A stretch of DNA of 64,000 bases, from NCBI GenBank assembly GCA_028534125.1, contig CM052816.1:17052001-17116000 (forward strand). Direction: 5' to 3'. Source of the DNA: Lama glama (Eukaryota). Both the position numbers and the translations under genes were made by a program. Below the pieces are notes generated by a model. It worked only from the letters and a program-made list of their open reading frames with translations, was not told the origin of the DNA and searched no databases. Shown in pieces: positions 41,101 through 55,700 of this stretch (positions are counted from its first letter, which is position 1; each line of letters starts with the position of its first letter).

Positions 41101-44100
41101 TATAATATATGCAGATTCCTTGGAGTTTGCCCTTAGCTTAGCTAGAGATCCTGAAAACTTGTGCCCATGCTCTGACAGTATTCTGTAAATAACTTGTGTT
41201 CTCATTGGTAGTGGTATTGTCTTTGGAAATAAAAACCTGCAGTGCTTTACATATTCTAAATTACATAAGATGAAAAACATCTGCAGTAGAAACCTGTTCC
41301 TGTTATACCTGATGAGGTGTTGGACGCTATGGTGCATAGTGTTAGACTTGTATTTTAATCAGCAAACAGGTCATTATTATGATTTAGAGTGTGCATTCGT
41401 AAGGGAAATCATTATTTTGGCACACAAATTATTTTTAAAGCCATTTATTTGGTTTTGAAAATTTTTGAAGGGAACAAACAAGGTAGATTCCTTACAATAT
41501 AAGTTAGTGTAATATAATATATAGTATAACATAATAAAGTATAAGTTGGCAAGATAAAGGAAGTGGGTTTTTATGAAAAGAGCACATTTTCTTTGACAAG
41601 TAAAAGTTTCATATTGTTACCGATATTTATTTATTTTAAAGGCATTACATATTCACCATGTGGCCTGATCTGACTTTTTAATCTTCATTACTAGGGTTGA
41701 TATTGCTGATGATATTATTAATGCCAGTGAAAGTAACAGAGACTGTTCAGAACCTGTGGCTAGCCCTAATTTAGATAATGAAGTTATGCAGCAAGATTTT
41801 GTATTTGAAGATGAAGAAAATAACCAGGTAAGAAATTCAAAGGCTTGAAAAAAATCTGTGTTAGGTGTACTAGACGTGCAGCTTTGATTCCTTCATGAAT
41901 TCCTTTGATACCAGAAGCCATAGTTCACTATCTTTGCTGATACATGTTTGTCTTGATTATAAGTCCACAAAACATGCATTCTCTTAGTAAAGGTCAGGAA
42001 CCATGATTAGGTGGAGAAGTATATATAAAACACCTTATTTTAAAATACTTTTCTGGAAGGAGGCAAATTACGATGTCAGCTGAGGTGGTTGGTGGTATTA
42101 CGGTTGAATTTTGTTCTTTTTAAAAGCCCTACATTTCCCAGAATTTTTCCAAAGAACATAGGATCTTTTCATAATTATAGAAAACCCATAAACATCATTT
42201 AAAAATAAATTATTTTCACTGTCATAGTTTGTAGTAATATTATTTTTAAAATAACTCATTTTAATAAGTGTACAAAGTAGCATTTTTCTAAGACATGTTT
42301 CAGAGTTTAGTTTCGTTAACACTTTTTCAAATAAGATTCTTAATAAATGACATTTTCTTCATGTTTTCATTCTAAATCATAAGCTAATGTATGTATAATA
42401 AGGAATTTAGAGATTTGTATTCTGGCTTTGTGGTATGACTTTGCCCAGGTTACCCAACTTCTCTGAGTTACTCTTTGTTTTTTTATAGATAAGTGGGGGA
42501 GGGGTAATATCTATGTTAGAGGATTATTATAAATATTAAAGAAGTAAAAGTATAAAATTACTTTATAACCTGGAAAACGTTTCACAGAAGTTGAGCTGCT
42601 GCTGTTACTTTTACTGGACTTGTATATTACTTGTGTATTAATACTCTTACTTATACTGTTATATTAGATTAATCCCTTTTCATCTATTCATGGTTATTGC
42701 TTCTGTAGTTGTCTCCTTGATTTTTCCTGCATTATCAGTTTCTGCGTTATCTGCTGAATCATTCTCATCAGTGGGGTCAGTCCAATCAGTAACTTTTGCT
42801 ATTATTTTTCCCATGTTTAGGAAAAAGCCCTCTCTTGACCCTTCATCCCACTGTAGCTACCACTCTTTATCTGCTTTCCTTTATAAGTAAAATTACTTGA
42901 ATGAATTGTCTGTGTCTGTTTTAATTCCTCTCCTCATATTCTATCTTGAATCCACTCCAGGCAACTTTTTACCCTTACCATTCCTCTGAAACTGCTCTTG
43001 CCAGTCACCAGTGATGTTTGTTATACATTTTACTTGACCTAAGAGCACAATTTGATTCAATATATTACAGCTACTACCTTGATACACTTTCTTCTCTTAG
43101 CTTTCAGGATATCTTACTCTGGGTTTTTTTCCCACTTACATTATGTCTACTACCTTGATACACTTTCTTCTCTTAGCTTTCAGTATATCTTACTCTGGGG
43201 TTTTTTCCTACTTGACTGGCTATACCCTATCCCTTTGCTGATTGCTTTTCATGTTCTGAACCTCTGAACTTCGGAATGGTCAGGGCCCAGTTCTCAGATC
43301 ACTTATTTTCATTAACTCCTTTGGTAATCTGATTTAATCTCATGGTTTTAAATACTATCTGTATGCTAAAGGCTTCCTGTCCAGATCTCCTCTTGTACTT
43401 CAGATTCTTTTACGTAGCTGTTCTGCTCAACATTTCCACTTGAATGTCTTATGCACATCTTAATATCTTATAAACACTTTATAAACATCTTAACATGCAC
43501 CAAACTGTTCTTGAAATCTTGTGGACACATCTGCTCTTCCTCTTGTCTTTAAAATCTTAGTAAAGGGAAGTTTTTCCTTCCATATGCATAGATCAGAAGC
43601 TTTGGATTGGTTGCTTTCTCACTGCACATCCAGTCTGTTACTGGATGTGTTAGTTGTACCTTGAACGTTTATACAGAGTCTGACCACCTTTTACTGTTTC
43701 CATTGCCACCATGCAGGTGCAAGCCAGCATTATTTCACCTAGATTAATATAGCCTCCTGACTGATCTTATCTTTTCCTCCCTATAGCAGCCAGAGTGATC
43801 TTTTTAAAATGAAAATTATATGTCAAGTCTCATCTCAGAAATTTCCAGTGCCATCCAGGTATAAAAATACAGCAATAGGCAGTATGGAAGCATGGACTGA
43901 TAAGACAGTTATGACTGAGACAGTTCAATCTTAAGGTGCTGTATGGATTGTTGTTTGCCCAGATATTCCCATGGCTTGTTTCCTCATCTGATCCTGCAGA
44001 TCGTTCCTCAATTTTAGTTCTCAGTGAGGCCGTATCTCCTCATCACTCTGTATATATTAGTAGGCTCTCCCACTGACCTCCCCCCTTCCAGTCCCTGAAC

Positions 44101-47100
44101 TTTTTGTCTTTCTTCCCTGCCAGCTGCACCCACTCCCATAGTTCTATCACCATTGCACATATCTGTTAAATTGTTAGTTTATTTTTGTTTCCCATCATTA
44201 GACTTATAAACTTAATGAGGGCTGAGATTTTCATGTTTTATTATTATGTATTTTGTTCTGTACATTTTTAAAATATAATTTTTAAATATTTGTCTTTTGA
44301 AGAGATAGTTTCAGATAGTTAAGAAGTTATAAAAAGATAGATAGGAAATTCATCCCTTCCATCCCTAATTAATTAATCCATATTAGTTTATCCTCACCAT
44401 AATGGCATATAATAAAACTGTAAAGAAAATAGGCATGTTCTAAAAACTGCTGCAGTGAATAGCCTTGTGCATACACCATTTCACCTTGTGTAAACCTATC
44501 TTAGGATAAATTTATAGAAATAGAATTTTGGGTCATAAAGTATATGCATTTGTTATTTTATTATATATTGCCAAATGGCCCTCTGCTAAACCATTTTACA
44601 CTATCAACTAGCAATATGCCCTCACCAATAGCAGATTTTTTTTTTTTACAACCTGGTGAATGAAACTTGTAAATTGTAATTTTCACTAATATTTCTATAG
44701 AAGTGTTAAGAGCCATTTCTACTTCCAGTTGTCTATATCCTTTGCACATTTTTCTATTGGTTTGTTGGTTTTTTTCTTTTTGATTTGTAGGTACTTTTTA
44801 TTTATTAAGAAAATATTCACCCGTTTTTATGATCAGTTACAAATATTTATTTCCAGCTTGTTGTTTGTCATTTGACCACTTAAGGTAATTTTTAGCAGTA
44901 TTTAATTTTGTTACCATTTTTCTTTTTTCTTTTTTACATTTTAGATTTTATATCATTATTAGAAAGACCTTCTCTGTTATGAAATTATAAACTAATTTTA
45001 TTCGTCTTCTTTTAAAATATCCTATGGTTTAATTTCCCACATTTAAATATTTGGCCCATTTGGAATTTATCATTGTGTAAGGTATGAAGAATGGATTTAA
45101 CTCTTTTCCTAGATGTTTACCTAGTTTTTCCAGTTTATGGAATAACCTATCCTTTTCCTACTGGTTTGAAATACCACCTTTATTATGAACTAAATGCTTG
45201 TATCAGTTTGGGTGTGCTTCTCATTCATTCATCAGCATTGAATGAGAGTTCCTCTTGCTCCACATTCTTCCCAGTGTTTGGTGGTGTTAGTTTTTGGCCA
45301 TTCTAATAGTTGTGTAGTTATTGTTGTTTTAATTTGCAGTTCTCTCATGACAGAAAATGTTGAGCATCTTTTCATTTGCATATTTGCTGTCTGTATATCT
45401 TTGGTGATTTCAGGTATTTTGTCTATTTTTTTGATCGGGTTGTTTTCTGTTGAGTTTTAAGAGTTCTTTTTAGACGTTAAGTAAGTCTTTTTTTATCAGA
45501 TATGAAATATCAGGTCTTTTGCAGATTAGTATTTTTTTCAGTGTTCTATTGGACTGTGTAGAAAATATTTAGGATTTTTGTACTAATATGATGAGATTGA
45601 TCTCTAAATTTTTAAAATAGGTACAACAAGCTATGGTGATTTACACTATTTTGGAGTTGGAAACTGTCGGCAAATCAGTAGCCTGATTAGAATTCATGTC
45701 AAAATACCTAATCAATTTCAGGATTAGCAGGCCTTCATTAGTGGTACCCTGACAAATTTGCAATTATTTATGTCTTCTAGACAGTGAGAAACTACTGACA
45801 TGTAAGTACGTCTTTTCAGAAGTGGAGGCCTGGGAAACTATAGCAGACAGCTAAGAGGAGGAAATGGCTATCAATTTGACTTGTACTGTTATGAGACTCC
45901 ATCCTTTTCTTTTCCTTGTCTTTTTCTTTGTTTGAAAAAACATATACCCAGAACCTCTGGCGGGAAACAACCACTTAACATGTTTTTTTTTTTAATCCCA
46001 ATCTCTCTCTTTTTAAAATGTTTAAAAATTGAGATATAGTTGACATATTAAATTAGATTCAAGTGTATAACATTTGATATATGTATACATTTGAAATGAT
46101 CACAAGTCTAGTTAATATTCATTACCACACAGTTTAAAATTTGCGGGAGGAGATGAGACTTTTAAGATCTCTTAGCAACTTTCAAATATATNNNNNNNNN
46201 NNNNNNNNNNNNNNNNNNNNNNNNNNNNNNNNNNNNNNNNNNNNNNNNNNNNNNNNNNNNNNNNNNNNNNNNNNNNNNNNNNNNNNNNNNNCAAGTCTGT
46301 ATTCTCTGAGGATTTCATTCTTTTAAAAGGCTGAATAATATTACATTGTGTGTATATGTATATATACACGTTTTCTTTATCCATTTATCTCTTCATGGAC
46401 ACTTCAGTTGTTTTCATATATTGGCTGTTGTAAATAATGCTGCAGTGAACATGAGGGTGCACCTATATTTTTGAGTTAGCATTTTCCTTTCCTTCACATG
46501 AATACCCAGAAGTGAAATTGTCAGTAATCATATGATAGTTCTATTTTTAATTTTGTGAAAAACCTCCGTACTGTTTTCCATAGTGGCACCAATTTATATT
46601 TCCAGCAATTTACATTTCCACCCTAGTACACTAAGATTCCCTTTTTCCCACATCCTCACCAGTACTTGTTATGTCTTGTCTTTTTGATGATAGCCATCCT
46701 AACAGGTATAAGTGATGTCTCATTGTGGTTTTGATTTGCATTTTCCTGATGGTTAGTGATTTTGAGTGCCTTTTCATGTACCTGTTGGTTATCTGTACAT
46801 CCTCTTTGGGAAAATATCTATTTAGATTTTGCTAATCAAATTTCTAAAAAGATTGCCCATTTTTTAATTGTGTTACTTATTTTTTGCTGTTAAGTTTTAT
46901 GAGTTCTTTTTATATTTTGGATATTAACTTCTTAATGAGATAACATGATTTGCAAATATTTTCTCCCATTCTGTAGGTTGCCTTTTCATTTTGTTGATGG
47001 TTCCTCTGCTCAGGAAACCTCATCAGTTTTGACCTGAGTTAATTAACTCAGTGGAAGACATTGGACTAGAATGAAGTATTTTTTTTTAACATTTTTTGTA

Positions 47101-49685
47101 TTGAGTTATAGTCATTTTACAATGCTATGTCAAATTCCAGTGTAGAGCACAATTTTTAGTTATACATGAAAATACATACATTCATTGTCACATTTTTTGC
47201 TGTGTAGATTGAAGTATTTTTAATATACTCTCATATAACCTTAAAAAATTGTGAATCACTGTTATACATCTGAAACTTATATAATACTGTGCATAAATTG
47301 TACCTTAATAAAAAATATTTTAACACCTTTGTAGTCCAACTGATGGAAAAATATGAGTTGGCAGCCCATTCAAATGGAAAAGCTGTTATTAATCACAATT
47401 TTTTTTCTACTTAAGACATAGCAGAATTTTACACCATGTGTTTTTATGTCGAACTGAAAAATAAAATCAGGTTGAGGACTGCAGTTTTATCTTTCTGGGT
47501 GTAATCTGAATATTTAGATTGTTAAGTTTTATAGCTTTATTTCTGCCATCTGGTGGTTGTAAATGTTGTAAAATATATATATATATATACTTCATTAGCA
47601 AGGGTTTGCAAATGAAATGTGCAGAGAGGAGTTGGGGATATTTAGCCTATCTAAAAGAAGTAGTTAGTATACTTGAGAAAAACTAGGTGTGTAGAAATGG
47701 GAAGATTCAGGACTTAGCTGTGTGGAAACAGCAGTTATGGATGGCTAAGGAATGGGTGGATACCAAAGAAATTAATGGACATGGCCTGGCAGTAAACCCT
47801 GACACCTACTAAGACACTCATGGTATGATTGTGCTGCATCTGCTGCTCACACAAATACTGCCGCTTCCATCACCACCCACAAAGCTCTCTAGCTTACCTG
47901 AATTGAGACTAGAGTGCCTTAAACTTCCTTTTTGGAGGACCCTGATGTTTGTGTAGAAGGAAGGGGAGAAAGTATGGGCTGTTTTGTCAGCTGATACTGT
48001 AGGGGGAAAAATAGGCTCTTCTTTACCTGTGTACAAAGGATTGAATATTTTATCTAGAATGAATTCTGAGGAAGTAAAATTTCTTTAAATGATGAAGCAT
48101 ATTTACTATTATGTATTTCCCTGAGTGTGAAATTGAAGTCTGGCCATATTCTAACTTCACTCAAATAACTTTTGTTTTTCTTTGTCCTCGGGTAGCATAT
48201 GGGGCACAATTCTGCACCTGACTCTGAATTTCATCTGCCTTCTCCACTGCTTGGACTACTCTGTTGCTGTCACTGCATCTTTTTTATATTGCCGCCAATC
48301 ACCTTTTTTTTTTACCCCGAGGTGCATAAAGGACTTTATTTATGTTTTTTTAATTGAAGTATAGTTGATTTACAATGTTGTGTTAGTTTCTGGTGTACAG
48401 CATAGTGATTCAGTTTATATTTATATATATATATTCATATATATATATTCTTTTTCATTATAGGTTATTATAAATTATTGAATGTATTTCCCTTTTCTAT
48501 ACAGAAGGACCTTGTTTATCTGCTCTGTGTTTAATAGTTTGCATCTGCTAATCCCCAGCTCCCAATTTATCCTCCTCCCGCCCCTCCAGCTTTCCCCTTT
48601 TGTTAACCATAAGTTTGTTTTCTGTGTCTGTGGGTCTCTTTCTGTTTTGTAAATAAACAAAATTTTGCTTTGTCATATTTTTAGATTCCACATATAAGTG
48701 ATATCATATGATATTTGTCTTCTCTCTAAGGATTTTATTTAAATAAATATGTGTTTCTGGTTGTAAATACTCATTATTATAAAGATACTGCCTCCCTGAT
48801 TGATTTATTGCACAAAAATCTGCTCAAAATGCCAGTGAGATTTTTTTAACTTGAAAAAGTTAAATTAAATCAAGAGATTTTTTTAAAAGAAAAAAAGAAC
48901 TTTAACTGCCAAATATTAAATCATATTAGTTTTAGACGTTCCTTTTGACAAAAAGTACCATAAACAGAACTGAAAAAGAAGTGGCAAATGAGGAAAATTA
49001 TTTGCCAGATGAAGAATTAATGTAATTTCATATCCTCATATACAGATTTTGCTAGTCAAATTTCTAAAAAGATTAACACCCAGTTAGAATATATATTTAC
49101 TCAAATAAAAAAAAAACCCTTGAATTCCTACTGTTGTTCCAGGCTAGGTGCCAAGGATATAGTAGTGAACAAAACATACAAAAAAAGTTGCCTAACATGA
49201 AAAAGCAGATCATAAAAAAGAGAGGAAAAAATGAATAATACCCCTATGAAAGCATGTTTATCCTCCCTCCAATCACTTTTTTGTTTACTACTTTTCACTA
49301 TTTGTTTAGGAATTATGTTGCCTGCATTTGGCTGGAGGGTATGTGGGTATTAATTGTATCAGTCTTCATGCTTTGTTTCAATTATTTCATAGTAAAAAGA
49401 ATTATAAGTTAAGTAACAGTTGGTGATGTAGTGATATGCTTTTATAATAGAATTTTGTAATTTTTCTTGTAAGCTATTTCTTCTGATTCTCTTACAATAA
49501 CTAAGATAGGGAAGTAAATGATTGTTACTCTTATTTTTCATGAAGAGGAAAGAGTTGGGACTTGAATTTGGTTCTTTGAGTGAAACACTGAGGCTCTTTT
49601 TTTTTTATTTGAAGTATAGTTTAGTTTACAAGCTGTGTTAATTTCTGGTGTACAGCACAGTGATTCAGTTATATGTATATGTAAC

Positions 49686-49722
<37 letters not shown>

Positions 49723-52700
49723 GTATATATATACCACACATATATGCATTTAATATTCTTTTTCACTATAGACTATTACAAGATATTGAATATGGTTCCC
49801 TGTGCTATACTATAGGACATTGTCATTTATCTATTTTATATATAGTAATTAGTTTCTGCAAATCCTGAACTCCTAATTTATCCCTCCACCTACCCTTTCC
49901 CCTTTGGTAACTGTAAGTTTGTTTTCTATGTCTATGAGTCTGTTTCCATTTGATAAATAAGTTCATTTGTGTCATTTTTTTAGATTCCACATGTAAGTGA
50001 TAACATATGGTATTTTTCTTTGTCTTTCTGGCTTGCTTCACTTAGTATGACAACCTCCAGGTCTGTCCATGTTGCTACAGATGGCATTATTCTTTTTTAT
50101 GGCTGAGTAGTATTCCATTGTGTAAATATACCACATCTTCTTTATCCAGTCATCTGTCAGTGGACATTTAGGTTGCTTCCATGTCTTGGCTATTGTAAAA
50201 GTGCTGCTGTGAACATTGGGCTGTGTGTACCTTTTCCAATTAGAGTTTCTGGATATATGCCCAGGAGTGAGATTGCTAATCATATTAAGTCTATTTTTAG
50301 TTTATTGGGTTTTTTTTTTTAAGTGGAGTTACTGGGGATTGAAACCAGGACCTCGGGCATGCTAAGCATGTGCTTTACACTGAGCTATTTCCCTTCCCCT
50401 ATTTTTAGTTTTTTGAGTAATCTCCATACTGTTTGCCGTAATTGCTATACCGAACTACATTCCCACCAACGGTGTAAAAGGGTTCCCTTTTCTCTACACC
50501 CTCTCCAGCATATATCATTTTTGAATTTTTTTTCATATATTTATTTTTATTTTATTTATCATTTTTAAATTTTTCTTCCTTAATGGAGGCACTGGGGATT
50601 GAACCCAGGACTTTGTCGAGGCCAAGCACATGCTCTACCACTGAGCTATACCCCCTACCCTGTTTGTGGACTTTTTAATGTTGGCCTTTCTGACAGGTGT
50701 GAGGTGATGCTTCATTGTAGTTTTGATTTGCATTTCTCTGATAATTAGCAATATTGAGCATTTTTTCATGAGCCTTTTGGACATTTGTATGTCTTCACTG
50801 GAGAAATGTTTGTTTAGGTCTTCTGCCACTTTTTGATGGGTTTTTTTTGTTGTTGTTACTGAGTTGTATGAGCTGTTTGTGTATTCTGGAAATTAAGCCC
50901 TTGTTAGTCACATCGTTTGCAAGTATTTTCTGCCATTCCATAGGTTGTCTTTTTGTTTTGTTTTTTAGTTTCCTTTGCTGTGCAAAAGCTTGTAAGTTTA
51001 ACCAGGTCCCATTTGTTTATTTTTGCTTTTATTTCTATTGCCTTGTTAGACTGCTCTAGGAAAACATTGCTAAGATTATGTCAGAGACTGGTTTGTCTAT
51101 ATTTCTTCTAGGAGGTTTATAGTGTCTTGTAAGTCTTTAGGGCATTTTGAGTTTATTTTTGTGTATGGTATGAGGGAGTGTTCTAAGTTTCATTTTAAGT
51201 ATTGGATCTGTGTAATGGTTATTTCATGTGCTCAGAAACCTTCATATTTAAGAATGTAAAGCTATGTTCTAAAGCATAAAGGTTGCTGAAGTCTGATTTC
51301 TAGATCAGTGGTTCTCACACTTTGGACCTGAGGACCTCTCTATACTTTTAAAAATTATGGAGGATCCCCAAAAGCTTTTGTTTACATAGGTATATCTATC
51401 ATATTTAGTACATTAGAAATTAAAACTGAGCAATTAAAATGTTTGTTAATTGTCTTAAACATAATAAAATTACTCAAGATGACATAATAAGGTTGCTTTT
51501 TTTTCTTAATAAAAAACAGCTTTTTAAAAAAGTTATTTTGAGGAGTGGTGTTGCTACACTTACTTACAAATCTTATTAACATCTGTCTGACTTAATAGAA
51601 GTAAGCTGGATTCTCATATCTGCTTCTGCAGTCTGTCTTTTGCTATATGTTCTTTTGTTTAAAGTATATGAAGACAATGTAGCCTCCCAAAGATACATAG
51701 TTGGAAAAGACATGCATTTTAATAATTTTTTTCAGGTAATTACAGATTGTCTTTCATATTAAACAAAACTGCACGTGGTAGTTTCTTAAGAAGATTGAAC
51801 CTTTTACTTCAGAAGTGATCATCAAAAAACACTAAAAAGTTAACATAATTGGTAGTATTGCACAGGTCATTTGTGTTAGACTCGGTAGGTATTTTAAGGA
51901 GGAATAGGCATGGGATGATGTTACTAATTACTGAGCCCCCACTGGAAAGAGGGGAACATTCTCTTGTGTTTCTGAGGTTTGGAGTTATTATTTCAAATAT
52001 ATTTAATAAAGGGATCTGGTGAACTATATGACTCCTCTGTTACCTGGTAGGAAGTTACCAACTTGTATGTTCATGGCTGAGGAGAAAGAGAAGTAGCAGA
52101 TCGTCATTTTTAGAGGAGAGAATTCTAAAGAAGGAAAAAGAATATGATAGCAGTAGCAGTACCTATTGCCTAATAGGGTAGCAAGAAGTGCAGGCTTCTC
52201 ATTTCACACACACATGCACACACACAACTCAGGTTTTGAGGAAGATAAATTACTCTGTGAAAGAAATGCTAGCACCTATAGCTTATGAATGATGTTAAAG
52301 AGGGATATTTGACCAATTTGTAATCTAGTGTCCTAATTTAGATCAGAAACTTCCGCTCATATGTAAGTGATGGGAACTCCAGTGGTGTATTCTTTTTTCA
52401 GTCTGTAGGTATACTATTAGAGCCATGCAGTGACCGTGGTGACAGTGAAGATGGCTGTCTTGAGAGGTAAGCATTTTTTCTTGTTGTTGCTAATTAATTA
52501 CTCATTTGGAGAACTGAAGCTCTTAACAGATTTGGGGGTGAATTTTTCAGATGAATCTATCCATTATACATTTTAGATGATCTAAAAACCCAAACTTGTT
52601 TTAATGTATAAAGTACAAAGCATGTGAAATGTCCATAAGTATTCAGAGTGAATGCAGGTTCAGAGAGACATTAATAATTTGGAAAACATTCAAATGGAAG

Positions 52701-55700
52701 AACACTGCCTTCCTGTGTTAAAACTTTTGGTTGATTTGAGAACCAGTTGGGAATTTATTGATAACTTTGAAGATACCTTTCAGTGAGTTAATTCTTAGTC
52801 TTGGAACTATGGATAACTAATTGAAAGATTGTAACATATTTGTGTCAACAAATATGTACGGGATGTTTTTCTTCCGTTTCAAGCTCCCAACTCCTCCTCC
52901 GTGTGTCCCAGTATTCCGGTTCAGTTATATGCAGTTGGTGCTTGTTTATGTCCTTGGCCAGCAGTAATGGAAGGGGATCCTTAAGACAATGAGTATTTCA
53001 GCCACATATAATCTCCATAGACACTTGATAGAGTCCCTTTGAAAATAAGCTTTCTAGAATGTTTTAAAGTAGATTTTGGGTGTTGTTACTCTTTTTATGA
53101 TTCTTTAAGACATTGCCAAGAAGTGTGTTATAATTTTCTTAGGAAAGATGGTTGGATATTCTAAAAACACAGCAGTAATGAAGTTGTAGACTGGATTGTC
53201 AATACTGAGCAATCCCAAACAGCGTTACTGATTTGATGATAGCCCACTGGCAAGGATACATTTGCATTAACGCCATTGTCTCTCACATTTCTCAAATTTA
53301 GATGATTAGGTCTTTTAGTCTGTTAAGGTAAAATTTAGCTCATCCCACGATTTGCTCCCACTCTTAGTGGAGGAGGGCCTTCTCTTGCCACGAATTTTAG
53401 TTTGTTTCTCATGGTCAGCAAGAATAAGGTAATTATGTATATGAGGAGATGACTTGCCATATTTAGATCAAGACCTGTCTCTGAGTGCATACTCTGTTAT
53501 GGCAGGGTAGGAGCAGCATCGGATGTGTCATTGAAAATTGCCGTCATGTCTTTGGGGAGAAATTTCCCACAGTCAGCATATTGATAACCTGCTATGATTC
53601 TGGATGCTGTGTTGACTGGTCAAATAGGTAGAGACCATTTGTAACAGCTAGTGGTTAATTTTTCTATGGAAATAAGAGGTAAATTGAGATTTTATAAAAT
53701 TTCTTTTACCTGGTACCATTATGTTTTGAGGAAAGAGAGGTTTAGAAGTAGTAACCTTGCTTTGATTGTAATAGATCACTATCAGATTTAAAATTTAAGA
53801 CATGCTTTTAGCAAATCTTTAAAAGTAAAAAAAAAAGTCCCAGAGTTGGGGAGAAAAAGCTATTTGGTTAAAATTAATATTTATTTTACAAAATTTTCTC
53901 CATTATATGTTCAAGTCTTTTGGTTTCTGCTTATTGTGGAGTATGTTTTTCCTTTTAAAATATTTTTCTTCTTGGGATGTGGCTGTGTGTGTAGGGGGTG
54001 GTGACTGTTACTTAATTTTTCTAAACCTGAACTGATTCTGTGGATCTTTTCGGTAGTGTGTGATTTTCAGATATAGGGCTCCAAAGAATGGGCATATGTC
54101 CAGTTGCCACTTTCTTCTCTCACTTTGTAAATGCTAACTATGTGGGGAAGAGAGGAATCTAGATAAGAAATATGCAATGAGAGTATTCTATTTATTCTTA
54201 AAAGCCTAATAACTTTACCTGTATTTCTAGGAAAGAATATTTGTCATTTCACAGTGATAAATTGTCACACTTGATATTGGTAAGAATTATTTTTCTCTTA
54301 TGGTTTTTAAAATTTGACCAAGTTTAATCTACTAGTTATTGTATCTAGGCTTTAACTCTTGGGTTGAATAGGTTTAAAGGACATTTACATATAATACTTT
54401 TACCAAATGTTTTACAGTTATGCAGCCATTTGATTTGCCACTTTTGTTCATAAGAAATGTGATTATGAAAACAGTTTCCTTAAACTAGGGTCCAAACTTA
54501 GTTTTCCAGTAAGATATATTATAAAACTGCAAATTCATATTTGAAAATAGTTTGGATGGTGGGAATGGGACAGTTGATTGTACAAGCACAGTAAACTAGT
54601 GAAGACTACATGAGGATATATGCTAGTTGTCCTTAAGCTGGATGTGAAAAGCTTCTTGGTTTTGAAATACATTCTTTATTTTAAAATACAGGGTTCAAGT
54701 AGCAAGATATGTGATTTGAATGCCAACACTGAATCAGAACTGCCAGGAGGTCAAAGTGTTGGTGTTCAAGGGGAAGCAGCATGTGTCCAAATTCCACATT
54801 TAGACCTGAAGAATGTTTCTGATGGTGATAAATGGGAAGGTAATTTTACCCACACACATTATTTTCCTGATAATGTTATTTGTAATGGAAATTACCCAGA
54901 GCAGTAATGAGATTACTGCCTTTTCTGAGCAACCTTATTCATTTTTATTTGATTTGTGTAAGAGTGAGTATTTTTATTCAGATGTACTAATGAAATTATG
55001 GGGCATCTATCTCATTTAAAATGGAAGTTCTTATTTGATCCATTAACTGTGAAGATGGATGTTAAAACTGATTAAGAAAATAAAATCAAGAGTAGGCTTT
55101 TGTTACTTATTAAACCAGGTACTATCTTCCATTCTTTGAAAGTTCAGTATGTTAGGGCTTGGGGATCTCAACACTTTGCAGAAGGCTTATATATAGCTAC
55201 TTTTTATGATCAGGAATACACTAAAAAAAATTATTTTCAAGGATATTTGTAAGCAAATATAGTACCGTATTTCTGTATCTCTGTGTTAGGTTATGAAGGT
55301 ATGGGAGTAGTGTCCTAACAATTTTTACAAGGGAAAGGAATTTTAATTTTAAAATGCAAGCCACGTAGGTATATGTGTTTATTGTATTTGTCAAAACTCA
55401 GCCACGCATACTTAAGGCTTGCATTTCATTGTATATAATTTTTTTTAATCAAAAGAAGCAAAAACTAAATAATGAAACTATAGTGACTGATTTGCATGCA
55501 CAAGTGTTTAGGGGGACGTATACTGATATCTGCAGTGTACTTGGAAATCCATGAAAAAAGTAAGATGGTTAATGGGGTGGAAAATGTTATAAAGCAAGTA
55601 TAGTAAAATGTTAATGATAGAATCTAGGGGACTGGTATATGGATGTCCACTGTAAAATATGCTAAACTTTGCTGTGTATTTGTAAACTTTCAAATAAAAT

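Larger units (their letters stand above)
49597..51190 (-). mobile_element. 5'-truncated L1 with two nested SINEs and a (TA)n tract
   Basis: [34 protein letters not shown] and [10 protein letters not shown] remnants; polyT at 49597. Confidence 0.9.

Noticed and set aside
40903..41337. 144-aa minus-strand ORF
   Set aside because: No recognisable domain, exon structure or coding-like composition.
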